64,000 nucleotides of DNA, taken from Sminthopsis crassicaudata (Eukaryota). The stretch is from assembly GCF_048593235.1 (NCBI RefSeq), contig NC_133617.1:422820958-422884957 (forward strand), read 5' to 3'. The notes below the pieces were generated by a model. It saw only the letters and a list, made by a program, of their open reading frames with translations. It had not been told where the DNA came from and searched no databases. Position numbers and translations under genes: made by a program. The number at the start of each line of letters is the position of its first letter. Position 1 is the first letter of the stretch. Of the stretch, positions 1 through 11,790 are shown in pieces.

Positions 1-19
1 CCACCTATCCTGTATTCAC

Positions 20-116
20 CTTCAATGATTCCCCATTTTGTCTTCCGGCCAAGGACGCATTTCCCATTAACCATGTGTTCACGATCTGCCCCGACCACAG
101 CAAAAGGGATCTTCTC
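20..116 (-). CDS. SEPTIN12: SEPTIN12 coding exon 7 (97 nt, intact)
   Basis: [32 protein letters not shown]; donor AAG|GTGAAT. Confidence 0.93.
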
Positions 117-3100
117 CTGAAGTAGTCACAGAATTACAGGATTACAGAATTTCAGCTTTAGAAGGAACTTCAGCAACCATTTAGTCCAATTCATATCTGA
201 AAAGGAAATCTCCACTACAAACCTCTAACTACCTTTCTGGAAAATTTCACTCCAGATCTGCCTTTTTGCAATTTCTAGCCACTGTTTCTGGTTCTGTCCT
301 CTGGGCTAAACAGAACGAGTATTCTTCCATCACACAACAGCCCTTGAAATAATCAAAGATAACTATTATGTTTCCACTAAGCAAGCTTCTTGTTATCATC
401 CAGGTTCCCTCTTCTGGACACTCTCTAGCTTATTAATGTTGTTCCTAAATATGGTACCCAGTATTGAACACAATGCTCCTGGTATGTTCTGACCTGGGCA
501 AAAGACAATGGGAATTTCACCTCCCTATTCTTGAAAGCTATACCTCTCAAGGCAGACAAGAGTTTGAAGGGCTTAGTGGGAGTATGGAACCTGGGGTGGG
601 GGAACAAAAAGGGAAAAAGTAAACTGAGCAAGAAAAAGTGAATGAGAACACTGGAGTATGGGAGGGAGTATTTATGTAGAAGAGGAAGTCTTCAACTAGA
701 TTAACTGGGAGAAATCAGGACTATGAGTTTGAAATCCTAGGATTTCAAAGAATGGAGAGAAGAGTGAGCAAGAAGGAAAAAATAGGATAGGTGGTTGTTC
801 TTGAATGGATTATGACACAATATGTCTGACTGATTTTTCAGATCAAATACAAGCTTGGCTCTACCACAAGTCAGACACAAATAATCCATATGAACATTTG
901 GGGTGGAAATGTCTATAAGTGTGCACAACTCACATTTCTTTTGAGCTATTACATTTTTGTTTTGCTCATGGATCACAGCACCTTTGATGAAGGTACACCA
1001 TGCCCCAGCCACAGTCCTTTGTTAGCATCTCCCATGTCGTGCAACCAATTCTAAAGTTCTTCAGAGAGACCTGAAAACTACCATTTCTGATCACCACACG
1101 AGCATCTTACTTGTATGACTTCTCTACAAATCTTTTAGGAAAGCTTTGTTTGGCTTTCAAAGTGCCCATCCCATCTGAATTGTTTCCTCTGCAGTAGAAT
1201 TTGGATCTTGAGACAGGAAGTAAAAGACTTTCTACAACCCCTCATTGACAGAATAGGGAGGGGTTGTGAATTATGATTATCAGTAAATGTTTGATTTTGA
1301 TACCTATATAACTAGGGGTTTGTAAAAATTTTGGGAGCAAAAAAGGGTTTATAAGTGAAAAAATAAAAGAAGCCTTGCCTTTTTTTGCAAATAGGTTTTA
1401 ATAGCAGAAAAGAGAACAAGAGATAAGGAGGAAATAAAAGGGTTAGAAGAAATGGTTACCATGGATGCTGGAGAAGGAGAAGATTCATAAAAGAGAAGGT
1501 AGGGGGCTAAACAGAAACTTTTCTAACTTTACAATGTTGCTGATGGACAGAATTTGTTTGTCAGTATCAAGGAAGGTGTTTTGTAAATTCCAAAGAATAG
1601 AAGGCTCCCCTCCAAAAAAAAAATTGTCGACTTTATTATATATTTTGTTTGCAAAGTACTTGTGATTATTACTTTGCTTGATCCTATAACTATTTATGTG
1701 CTAAAATTATCCCACTTTTACAGATAAGAAAACGTACTTAGTGAGGCTGTTTCCCAAGGTATCCAAATAGGATTGGTCTGGCTGTCCAAATAGGAGGTGG
1801 GAGAGGTGGAAGAGGATGAGGAAAGCCTATTGCCTATCCCATATGAAGCTGAATGAAAAGCCCAAGGGCATTTTATCCCTATTATCTCATAGCACATAGT
1901 AAGATATACCATAACTGGACAATGTCATAGCTGGGAAATGTTCCACAATTAAGTAGGAAGAAGAGACCAGATTGTATCATTCTTGGAAAATTGCACAACT
2001 CTTTGGTTGAACCCCAGCTGCTCCAAACCCTCAAGGCTAATTTTATTAACACCAAGATCTTTCCAGGGATATCTTACAAACAACATGACCCCAGTAGAGC
2101 CAAAACTACAGATGATTCAAAAATCAATGTAAAAATCCATAGAATGTATATCAAATCATTGGAAAAGACATCATCAGGAACATGTATGGTCAGAAAAGAG
2201 GGTGAGCCTGTCTGAGACAAACTGGGTAAAGTGATTCACTCAGAGTCACACATTCTAATAAGAATTTGAGGAGGGATTTGAACTCCAGTTGATTCATAAA
2301 TTTATTCATAAATAAATAAATTCGTGAATAAATTACTCATAAAAGGCAGGGTTGCTTTAGCATCCACAACATGTTGAAAGAACCAAAGAAAGTCTGCATC
2401 ATGCTGAATTCTTTCCAGAAGATTCATGGAAAGACATGGACAAGAATTAAATAGCACAAAAGGCATCTTGAATTGCCCTTTAATAGAGTTATTGTGAATC
2501 CATTGAAACACTAACGTCCACTCCTTGCTCAGACATACTAAACTGTTTGGGTTTTTCCCAGCAGCGCTGCTTGTCCTTGTAGCTGTTGTTTATATCTTGA
2601 TTTGGAGGTGAGTTGAATGTGCAAACTTATCAGCCTCACTCTCTCCTTCAGAGAACTGAAAGAAACTTTAGAAATCCTCTAGTGTGAGGCTCTCAATTTG
2701 GAGATAAGGAAACTGAGGTTGAAAGCAGCAAAAATAACTTGAGTAATGTTATATAAGGAAAAAATAGCAGACCCCAAAAATTGAACCCAGGTTATCTGAC
2801 TCTTTGAATTACATCATGCTAATAGGTTGAAAATCCTTTGAGGGACAGTGGTTAGAGCACCTGTAGTGCCCTGAAGTCAGGAAGACCTGATTCAAATCTG
2901 GTCTCAGACACTTAAAGCTTCCTAACTGTGTGACCCTGGGCAAGTCACGTAACCCCAGCCTCAGGGAGGAAAAAAGATAAAAGAAAAAATACTTTGAGAG
3001 GGGACTAGGGACTACTTATTTGGGGATGATAAACTGCCTGGGGATACAAATTTAACTGAATTTAAGGGCAGAATGTATAGAACCTTAGGAAAGAGTTTTA

Positions 3101-6100
3101 TCAATAAGTAGGACTAAAGACCTCAATTGGGAGAGGGGGTGATCAGTTGGATGAGAGGTGGGAAAACCAGGAGAGGACTTCACTTGGGGTTGGTTGTAGG
3201 TTTGGTGGAGAGCCTGTTTTCCTCAAGAACCAAGAAAACTTGAGATGGTTCTGGATTTCGATTGGAGTGGGAAGTCAGGTGAAAGCAGAAAAGAGGACTT
3301 GGAATTAGAAACAAGCATAAAATCTCTTAAGAAAGCCTTCTTTTAGGCTGGATAAGAAGGAACTCTTTAAGCAGATTGTGTCCTTATTAGTTGTCTATCT
3401 GTAGGACTCTCAGGTTCCTCATGCAAATGAACAGAATTTGTTTGCTTATTGGGGAGTGACGATCTGTACATAGACACTAAGTGTAACATTTACACTCAAG
3501 TCCTCCTGACTCATGGGCTAGTGCTCTATCAAAAGCTCCACACCTGGCAGTCCCAACACAATTTCTTGTACCTGAAATGATGGGATCTGGATATATATAA
3601 TAATGAAGAGAGATAGGAGGAGATAAAAGGCTGCCATTTTAGGTAGTTTTCTAAAAGAGAGGTCCCCAGCCCTTTGGTGATCCATTACTGTTATCACTTG
3701 CTCCCTCACCCGGATCTTGTCATTCAAAGTTTTGTCATTAGTGTCTTCATCAAAGCACTTCTGGGGGTAACAAGATGCCATTGTTCTTCAGATCCTCCTG
3801 AATCTGAGGGAGGCAGAAATTGAATGTCAGTTCTTGCCAGACCATGGATCATCTCTCTCTGATATGGCTCTCCACCAAATTCCCAAACAACCCCAAGTAA
3901 AGCCCTTTCCTGTTTTTTCCATCTCTAATCCAAATGATCATTTCTCTCCCTACTGGGGTCTTTACTCCATTTATCAATGAAATTCTTTCCTAAGCCTGGG
4001 AATGAAGTCTCCTAGTCAGCTTTCTGAACTGTCCAGCATCCTAGTGATAACGGTCCTCCATGTCTGGCCCAGTTCCTCCTTACCTGCCACCTGAAAGCTT
4101 CCTCTCTTCTAAGGTGAGGCTGTCTGCCCGGGCAATAACAGGAACAACATTTACCACTCGACATAGACGCTTCAGAAACTCAATGTCTAGAGGCCGAAGG
4201 CTAGGAGGCAGTAAGGTGAAGGAGGCAATGAGCCTATTTTCCAGCTCAAATCAATCTAGACTCCTCTCTTTACCCCAAACTCTAGTAGTACCTGGAGCTT
4301 TTAATCAGCAATATTAGTGAGGATTAGAGAATAGGGACACATAGTCCCTAGCAGAGGAGCGCCCATAATTCATGTGTGTTATGTCTAAAAGTGCCATCCC
4401 CTCACCCTGCCAGAGGCAGCTTCCCTTTGCTCTCCCCTCACCAGTGCCCTGTGGGAGGCACAAAGTACACACAGATGTGCACTCGTGTGTCAGGATGTGG
4501 TGCTGCCGAGTGATGAGAACTTCCTCCTGCAGGTAGCGCTCATATTGATCATTGATGTAGTTCAGGATGGGGTCCCAACTGGGAAGGAAAGGGGAAAAAC
4601 AATGGAAAAGATCCTGAGCATCTCATCTAACTGTTCTTACCCTGCAGATACATGGCGAGGTTCTTTGGAATCCTACCTTTCTCATTCCCCATCATGATTA
4701 TCACCAACATCAACTTAAGAGCTGGGGGCAGCCAGATGACAAAGTGGATAGAGTACTGGCTCTGAAGAGGATCTGAATTAAAATCCATNNNNNNNNNNNN
4801 NNNNNNNNNNNNNNNNNNNNNNNNNNNNNNNNNNNNNNNNNNNNNNNNNNNNNNNNNNNNNNNNNNNNNNNNNNNNNNNNNNNNNNNNNNNNNNNNNNNN
4901 NNNNNNNNNNNNNNNNNNNNNNNNNNNNNNNNNNNNNNNNNNNNNNNNNNNNNNNNNNNNNNNNNNNNNNNNNNNNNNNNGTCATGTACCTTCATGTAGG
5001 GTACAGTCCATATGAAATAAACAGACTTAGACAATAACAACACTAGGAAACCTTTAGCAAGTTCTGCAAGAATAGCAGAGATGAATACTTCAGGGTTTTT
5101 GAAAGAGAAGTTATCAATGAAGCCTGAGTGATTCAGCTAGTCCTTGTGGAGAAGGTGGGACTTGAACTGGACTGTGAAAGATGGGTCAGGACTCTCACAG
5201 CCCCTCCTCACACTAACTATAGGAATCTTAAAATAGCTGCTCTTGCTGCAGGATTCTCTAAAGCAGAGCTAGATTCTACCACCCATCCATATCCTGTGTC
5301 AAGTATTAGAGGTAGGATAGATGGAGGGATAGCAAAAGTTTAAGGAATGGGGAAATGGATAGAAAAAAAAAAAGTGTGCTTTGAATAGGGAGAGAATTCT
5401 CAAGAAGGAACATACCACTTGTCATTGTTGATCTGGTCCCCAAATCCAGGTGTGTCTGTCACTGTCAGCTTCAGTTTCACTCCCTTCTCCTCAATTGCTA
5501 TGGAGGGAGGGTTGGGAAGCATCATAGAGGGACCTCAAACTCTGAGGAACTATCAGGACCAGAGGAAGAGTTGAAGGAGGGGGATCATCTCTGGAGGGAG
5601 GACAGTTTTGGGAAGTTGGGACAGTTCTTGGTAGGTGAATAGGGTGAGGAAGATAAAGAGGGGGTACTCACTATGGGTAACAGATTGCAGTTGAAGGGTT
5701 TGAGGTAAAGGTCCCAACTTGTTCACTGGTGATGATTTCCACACCTTGGACTTGAACAAAGTGTTTACCATTGTGGACTTACCTAATCCACTCCTCCCTG
5801 GGGATATACCAGAAGGACACATTCATGAACAGTGGGATAGGGAGGGAATGGAGATACCTAATGGAATAAAGAGCAGAATGGCATGTGTGGTCACAGACTA
5901 GGTTAAGCCCAGGATACCTGGGTATGGTTGAAGGCAGCAGGGTACAGTAGGAAGAATGTTTTCTTGGGAATCAGAAGACCTAAATTCAAAAACTGCCTTA
6001 ATCAGATAATACCTGTGTGGCAATCACCTAATCTCCATTGACCTCATCTGTAAAATGGGGGAGGGGAGGATAAACTAGAGAGTCTCTGAGATCCCCTTTA

Positions 6101-6504
6101 AGATTTAAATCTAAATGCTTATGATGATCAAGGAAATAAAATCATGGAGGCACTGGTTATAGGGACAAAGGATTTGCACAGTTTGATGAATGGCTTGTGG
6201 ACCACAGAGTGGAAGAGAATTGAACTAAGGAAAATTAAGGGAGCCATGAATTGAATTCCTTTTTCTTCTCCCCTTCAACTTATTTTCATTTTTCTCTTCC
6301 CCTCCCACCTTACTAGCCTCTCATTCACTTTTGCTCACCAACAACCATGATGTTGAATTCAAAACCAGTTTTCATAGCTTTGATCTTTAGCTGGTCCAGC
6401 ACAGCCTCAATTCCCACATAGCCAAACATCTCGCAGGAGGAAGTTCTGGGGCTGGAAGGTTGTGGGGAGCAGGGAGAGGTGGGACGTTTTGAGGTTCCTG
6501 CCAT
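20..6504 (-). CDS. SEPTIN12: Septin-12, multi-exon, 3'-partial (7 coding exons in window; apparent frameshifts in coding exons 4-6)
   Basis: Spliced translation [12 protein letters not shown]...[18 protein letters not shown]...DTPGFGD...ARAD...[10 protein letters not shown] contains septin G1/G3/G4 motifs. It matches human SEPT12 as recalled, and synteny with SMIM22/ROGDI agrees. All introns are GT-AG. Confidence 0.93.
2843..2985 (+). mobile_element. 5'-eroded WSINE1-type SINE
   Basis: Body matches the 52011 copy. TSD AAAAT(C/A)CTTTGAG at 2830-2842 and 2986-2998. Confidence 0.85.
3710..3803 (-). CDS. SEPTIN12: SEPTIN12 coding exon 6 (94 nt as assembled; 96 needed)
   Basis: [10 protein letters not shown], then -2 shift, then [20 protein letters not shown]; donor CGG|GTGAGG. 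Confidence 0.88.
4084..4200 (-). CDS. SEPTIN12: SEPTIN12 coding exon 5 (117 nt as assembled; 118 needed)
   Basis: [33 protein letters not shown], then -1 shift, then AFRWQ; donor CAG|GTAAGG. Confidence 0.88.
4442..4578 (-). CDS. SEPTIN12: SEPTIN12 coding exon 4 (137 nt as assembled; 138 needed for frame)
   Basis: [28 protein letters not shown], then -1 shift, then [16 protein letters not shown]. Confidence 0.88.
4789..4980. other. Assembly gap (192 N)
   Basis: Run of N. It interrupts a SINE head (GGGGGCAGCCAGATGACAAAGTGGATAGAG..., about 4722-4788). Confidence 1.
5416..5497 (-). CDS. SEPTIN12: SEPTIN12 coding exon 3 (82 nt)
   Basis: [26 protein letters not shown]; TAG acceptor, GTATGT donor. 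Confidence 0.93.
5672..5797 (-). CDS. SEPTIN12: SEPTIN12 coding exon 2 (126 nt, P-loop)
   Basis: [21 protein letters not shown]...QSVTH; CAG acceptor, GTGAGT donor. Confidence 0.93.
6339..6504 (-). CDS. SEPTIN12: SEPTIN12 coding exon 1 (166 nt; exon acceptor at 6533)
   Basis: ATG at 6504-6502; encodes MAGTSKRP...NIMVVG; donor G|GTGAGC. Confidence 0.92.
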
Positions 6505-9500
6505 GGTGGTAGGTCTGTGTGCCCGGTCAAACCCTGTTGTTGTAAGGGAGGGGAGAAAGGAAAAAGGATAGTTTGCTTTATAACAGAGGAGCAAAACTGA
6601 ATCATAGTCCCCAAATTCTAAGGTTTTATCCTTTTTCTTTATCCCTAACTTCTGACACCTGCTCCCTTATTATACAAGTATTTGAAACCTTATGAACACC
6701 AGCTTGGTTGTCTGAAGTTCTAGGAAAGGTTGGAGTAAACATAAGTTATAAACAAAAAGAGATGGCAGGGAGATTTGGGTAAATTGGTGGAAGAAATCCT
6801 TTATCTTAGGAAATGCCCAGCTAGAGAGATATCACTACTCCCATTTCAAAGAACAGAGAAGCCTGAATTCATAACTACCTCATTTCTACTTCTCTCCTCA
6901 AATGGGTTATTGCACAGGCTTCAAATGCACTGACCACCTGCCCTGGTTACAGGCTCCATATTTTCTCTACATGCTCTCCCACTAGAATAGCCAATAGTCA
7001 AAGTCTAGGCATATTCCAGTGTTACATATTCCATATGTTACTGTAGAATGTAAGCTTTTTGAGAGAAGGGACTGTTTCACTTTTCTATTTGTATCTCTGA
7101 CATATAGTAGACACAGTAAATACTTCTTGATTGACTCATTGATTGTTTAGCATATTCCATTTGGAGAATATACCTTCGTCTGTTGAAGAGTGGGGAAGAG
7201 GTGATCTGTCCCCATCAATGGAAAGGTGACAAGCTCACCTTCCCGTAGAAGAAGTGGGACTCATCAAGGGGAGATTCTTCCTGACCAAGAGTCCATTTAT
7301 CCTGTTGATGGTAAGAGTTGGGAAGACAAATAAACAAGGAAATTAGATAACAAAGAGAAATAAAAAGATGCAATGAGACAATGACAGAAGCACAGAGACA
7401 CTGAGGCAGATGAGAGCTAGGGGCAGAAAATGACAGACACCAAGAGAAAGATATAAATGAATCGAGACAGAGATACAGATGAACAAGAGGTAACAAAAGA
7501 TAGACCAACAGAGGAGAGAGATACAGACAGTGACAGATGGAAAAGAGAAAGACAGACTAAGTGCTGCCCTCTCTTGATCACCTGGTCACTCTGAAGGGAG
7601 TCAGCTATGGAGGGAGGTCACCTCGATCTCGGAGGTTCAGTGTATGACTGTAGTGGGGTGGGTGGGGGAGTAAATGACAGTTAACTGAAGAATCTGAGCT
7701 CTTCCTCTCCCCTTCCCCCCTTCTTACGCATCCCCCCCACCCCCAGTCCCCCACAAGAACTTCCTAGCCTGGGGCTCTCCTGGTGTAAGAAGCATCCAAG
7801 TTAGGCACAAAGTCTAGTGTTTGTTTAGGATAGTAATGTTATAAAGAATACTGGGCATTAAATCAGGCATCTTTGGAAGGTTCATGCCAAATAGCATCTG
7901 CCCCATAAATATGCATCTCAATGTAGTGGAAAGGGTAGTGGATATACAAGCAGGAGCCCTGGGTTTAAATCTTAGATTGATATTTACTAGCTGTGTTATC
8001 ACATGTTATCAGAAATCCCTTTCAGATCCAAATCCATGATCTTGAATGGGAGCAGAAGAAGCAAGTTGGGAAGTCCTCATACTCCAATCTCAATGTTCCT
8101 CTTCCAGTTAGTCTCTGCTCCCTCCCTACTCCAGTCCAACACTTGGCTTGGTCCAAACTCCTCTCTCCTTCTATGTCTAAAATATAGGCCACACATCACA
8201 TATTTCAGTGACAATTGGTCAAAATTTTGACCAGGTCCCTATCAGTTTTCATAAGCTGTATTTCAGTCTTTCTCCTTGTCACAGCTCTGTGATGCTATAC
8301 TTTCATTAGATAATGCCAAAATTTAACATGAATAAAATGTCTTCATGTTTGGAAAAAAAAATATGATAGGTCACAAAAGTATATAAATGGAAGTCGGGAA
8401 GATACATTTGGGAAATTTATCTGTGAAAATATTTCAGAATGTTCCCATCTTCATAATGAAAACTTTTAATGAGAAAATTACAAGAAAAAAGGAACAATAA
8501 TGGAAAATACGTCTAAGAAGAAAAAAACTGATCCAATAACACACCCATATTAATTTTTGTAAGAAATAGGGTTCACAACAAAGAAGTACTTATACATTAT
8601 ACATTCATGGACCACAATGTAAATAAAAGTTGGTACGGAGTGGCAATAAAACTTGAGCCATATAAAATATTCAATATTAGTGCTGTTGTGGCAGATGAAA
8701 GATGAAATGATGAGAAAACAAAAGTTTGAGTTTCTGATCATATTGATTTATTAAGCAACACATGGCAATTGCCCAACAAACCAAGACTAGATCTCCTCAG
8801 CTTAGACTGGACCTTGAATATAGGAAGAGACAGACTGATTTTTAATTATAATTATAATTTATAGGAAAAAAATAGAGACTTTACAAGTTGGGAGGGGAGA
8901 GTGAACAAGTGAGATTTCCTGAATTCAGAAAAAGAGCTGTCCCACTCCCCTCAGTGTCTGTAAACAATCAGAGGAACATGGAAACAATACTGATTGATCT
9001 GTTTGAAGCTAGTTTTCAGATAGGACATAAGAAAGACATACGGGTTTCTTGAAATGTACAATTGTTAGAAGACTTGCATTAATCTTTGGTTCTGACTGTT
9101 GGAGTTTCTGTCAGCATAATCTAGGTCCTTGGTCAGAGGTGATCTAGTTTCCTAGCCAGGCAGGTTCAAAAAATGCAATAAGGTTATCCCCCACCCCCAC
9201 CCCAGCCCCACCAACTTCCACAATTGAACAAAGTTTTCTTACAGGACAGAAGTTAGACTAGACCCATAATTGAACAGAAAGGGAATTGAGCTAGCTCAGA
9301 ATTTTCACAAAATGGAGTCAATATTGTTCACTCAATTCCCACAACTAACCACTTGCTGTCCTAATCCCATTAGTGCAACTTCAACAAAGTTAAAAGAACA
9401 AATACAAATATGGCTAGGAGCATGTATTATCAATCAGTCATTAATCATTGTTTTTCTGGGAGTGTATGATTTTTGGGGGAATTTTAAAAATTTTATTTAT

Positions 9501-9509
9501 TTTGCAATT

Positions 9510-10050
9510 TATATTTTTTGTTGTTTTATTTTATATTTTCCCCAGTTACATTTTTAAAAAACCCATTTTTTAACATTTGTTTTTAAAATTTTTGCATTCT
9601 AGGTTATCTCCTTATCTATACCTATAATTAAGAAACCACGTGTGAAATTATGCAAAACATTTCCATAAAAGTCAAATTATGAAAAAAATTAGATCTCCCA
9701 CCTTAATGAAAAAAAAAAAACCCTAAAAAAAATGAAGTTAAAAAAAATAGAAAATGAGAATGCTTTAGTCTGTATCAGACACAATCAGTTCCTTCTCTAG
9801 ATATGAATAGGATTTTTCATCAAAAGTCCTTCAGAGTAGTTGTCAGTGATTGTTCTACTGAAAATAGCAAGGTTATTCACAACTGGTCATCCAGGAGCAT
9901 TGCTATTACTTTGTATACAATACCTTTCACTTTGCTTGAGTTCATGGAGGACTTTCCAGTTTTTTTTTCCCCCTGAGAGTATCACGCTCATCATTTCCCA
10001 TAGAGCAATAATAATTCATCCTAAATACACACCACAGTTAACTGAGCTCT
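9510..10050 (-). mobile_element. Older L1 3'-UTR fragment
   Basis: Mutually similar to about 41330-41940 and about 62050-62700 (…ATCAATTCTTTATCT…GTTGATCATC…). Confidence 0.6.
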
Positions 10051-10289
10051 TAGGGGACATTTTTTGAGGGAAGTGACAGGCCAATTTTTTTTTTTTTTTT
10101 AAACTTTAAAAACTAACAAAAGAGAAGATGACCACAAGTATTTAGCAGAAATTATATTTCATATTTATATAACAATTTAAAGTCATATGTCTCTATCCCA
10201 TATGTTGTCTCATTTGGTCCTTATTATCAGCCCTGGGATTTAGGCAGGATGGGGATTAGAGGCACCCAGATGGAAACCTGGACCTCCAG

Positions 10290-10660
10290 TCAGGCCCAGA
10301 TTAAGACCTCAGTTCAAATCTAGCTGTGAACAGTCGGTGGGCAAATCATTTGACCTGTTTTAGCTTCTTAACTGTAAAAGGAGGATAATCTGTACCTCTC
10401 AAGGTTGCTGTGAAGAGCAAATGAGCATTTAGCATTTAGCCCAACTGGCACATAGTAGGTGCTATTTTTTATGTAAGCTATTATTATTATTGTTCCCAGA
10501 AAGCAATAAACTTGGGTTACACCCATTTTATGGATGAGGAAACTAAAAGGTAGCAAAGGAGAAAACATCTTGTTAGGGGTCATAGTGTTGGCCAGTGACA
10601 AAACTTGGGTTGGACAGAACCCAGGTTTCCTGGCTACTAACTGAGGGGTCTTTCCCTTAG
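10290..10660. mobile_element. MIR/Mar-type SINE remnants
   Basis: CTCAGTTCAAATC…CTGTAAAAGGAGGATAAT and ATGAGGAAACTAAA cores. Many similar copies elsewhere (e.g. about 2650-2810, 5975-6110, 35450-35610, 43430-43570, 53570-53720). Confidence 0.6.
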
Positions 10661-11070
10661 GGTAGAATTTGGAGGAATGTGCAGTGAGTAGAGTTACTAC
10701 TGATGGATTTCTTGAAGTTGCTACCCTGAGAAATCTGCCCTCCTTCCCTTCTGCAGTTCTCACCATGCCATGTCAGCCTCCTGGGTCCTATTCTCTCTGC
10801 CTCCTGGTTCTCTGAGCTTTTTCAAAATCTCTCTCCTCCTGGAGCAGAAAGCCCGAGGCAGGAATTAGGAGTGAGTGCGGTGTGAGACTTACTGACAAAG
10901 AGTGATCGATATCCCTGCCTTCTTTAGGGACTTTTAGTACGAGGATCTTGCAGAGCTCAGCCCTTTGGGAGGGGGAGGCATTTTCCTTTCTCACCCTCCA
11001 AGTCGGTTGCTGTGGTAAGCCTTCGCTCTTTAGCCCCTGAACTCTTTGATTCCTGAAACATTAGCTACAG

Positions 11071-11099
11071 CTGGGCTGGGCTGGGCTGGGCTGGGCTGG
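11071..11099 (+). repeat. (CTGGG)5-6 pentanucleotide repeat
   Basis: CTGGGCTGGGCTGGGCTGGGCTGGGCTGG. Confidence 0.95.
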
Positions 11100-11191
11100 A
11101 GGAGGAGCTGGGTGGCCACAGGTGCAGCCAGAGTAGGAAGTAGGAAGCCGAGGTGTGGTCTCCCCCCAGCCAGGACAGTCCTCTCTCTAAG
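11100..11191 (+). other. SMIM22: Probable non-coding first exon of SMIM22 (start approximate)
   Basis: Strong donor AAG|GTAAGA at 11191/11192, upstream of the acceptor at 11625. The TSS position is inferred. Confidence 0.55.
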
Positions 11192-11654
11192 GTAAGAGAA
11201 GAGATTTTACTGGGGGAACCAGTGGGGTCTTTCTTAGGAGTTTGGGGGAGTTAAGGGGAGAGATTAGGTTAGGGTTCTCTGGTTTTCTGTATTCTGTGAA
11301 GGGACAACAAAGGATGGAGGAGGTTGGTAGAAATGGAAACTTCCTGTTGGCATCTGTGCCAGGGCGACACTTGGAAAGGAATGGGCTGCCTTGGGATCTT
11401 GTGATTCCTCACCTCAGTCAGTCACAGATCCAGATCTGGAAGGGACCTTAAAAGACCCTCTGTCTCATTAGAAGTATAGAATGTGAGGCCCCTGGAAGTT
11501 GTGATCAAGGTCACACAAGGAGCTGGGAGTCTTTGCCCCCAGATTTGGGCTGAGTTGGGACCTGTGGAAAGTCCCACAGGGGGGAGGAGATATTTGAGCT
11601 CTATTGGCTCTTGATGTTCTTGCAGAGATGATAGGTGCCCAAGGACTTGCAGGG

Positions 11655-11790
11655 ATGGCCCTATCCACCAGGGATGTGGAGAGTGAGCTGCAGGAGACAG
11701 TACAGGAATTGTTGGGCAGACTGAAAAGCCACAATCTGTTTCAGTCCGAATGGGACATTGCAGCCTTCGCAGTCTTCTTCACCTTCGTGG
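11655..11790 (+). CDS. SMIM22: SMIM22 coding exon 1
   Basis: Kozak GGGATGG; donor G|GTAAAT. Confidence 0.9.

Noticed and set aside
4627-5043. ORFs spanning the N gap
   Set aside because: Artefacts of X-translated Ns.
7582-7700. Candidate SEPTIN12 non-coding first exon (donor CAG|GTGATC)
   Set aside because: Only a single moderate donor supports it, so the TSS cannot be placed from sequence.
8250-8760. AT-rich stretch suspected to be a NUMT, retrocopy or RT fragment
   Set aside because: No recognisable protein motif in any frame. Probably a decayed repeat; a Dfam or BLAST search would be needed.
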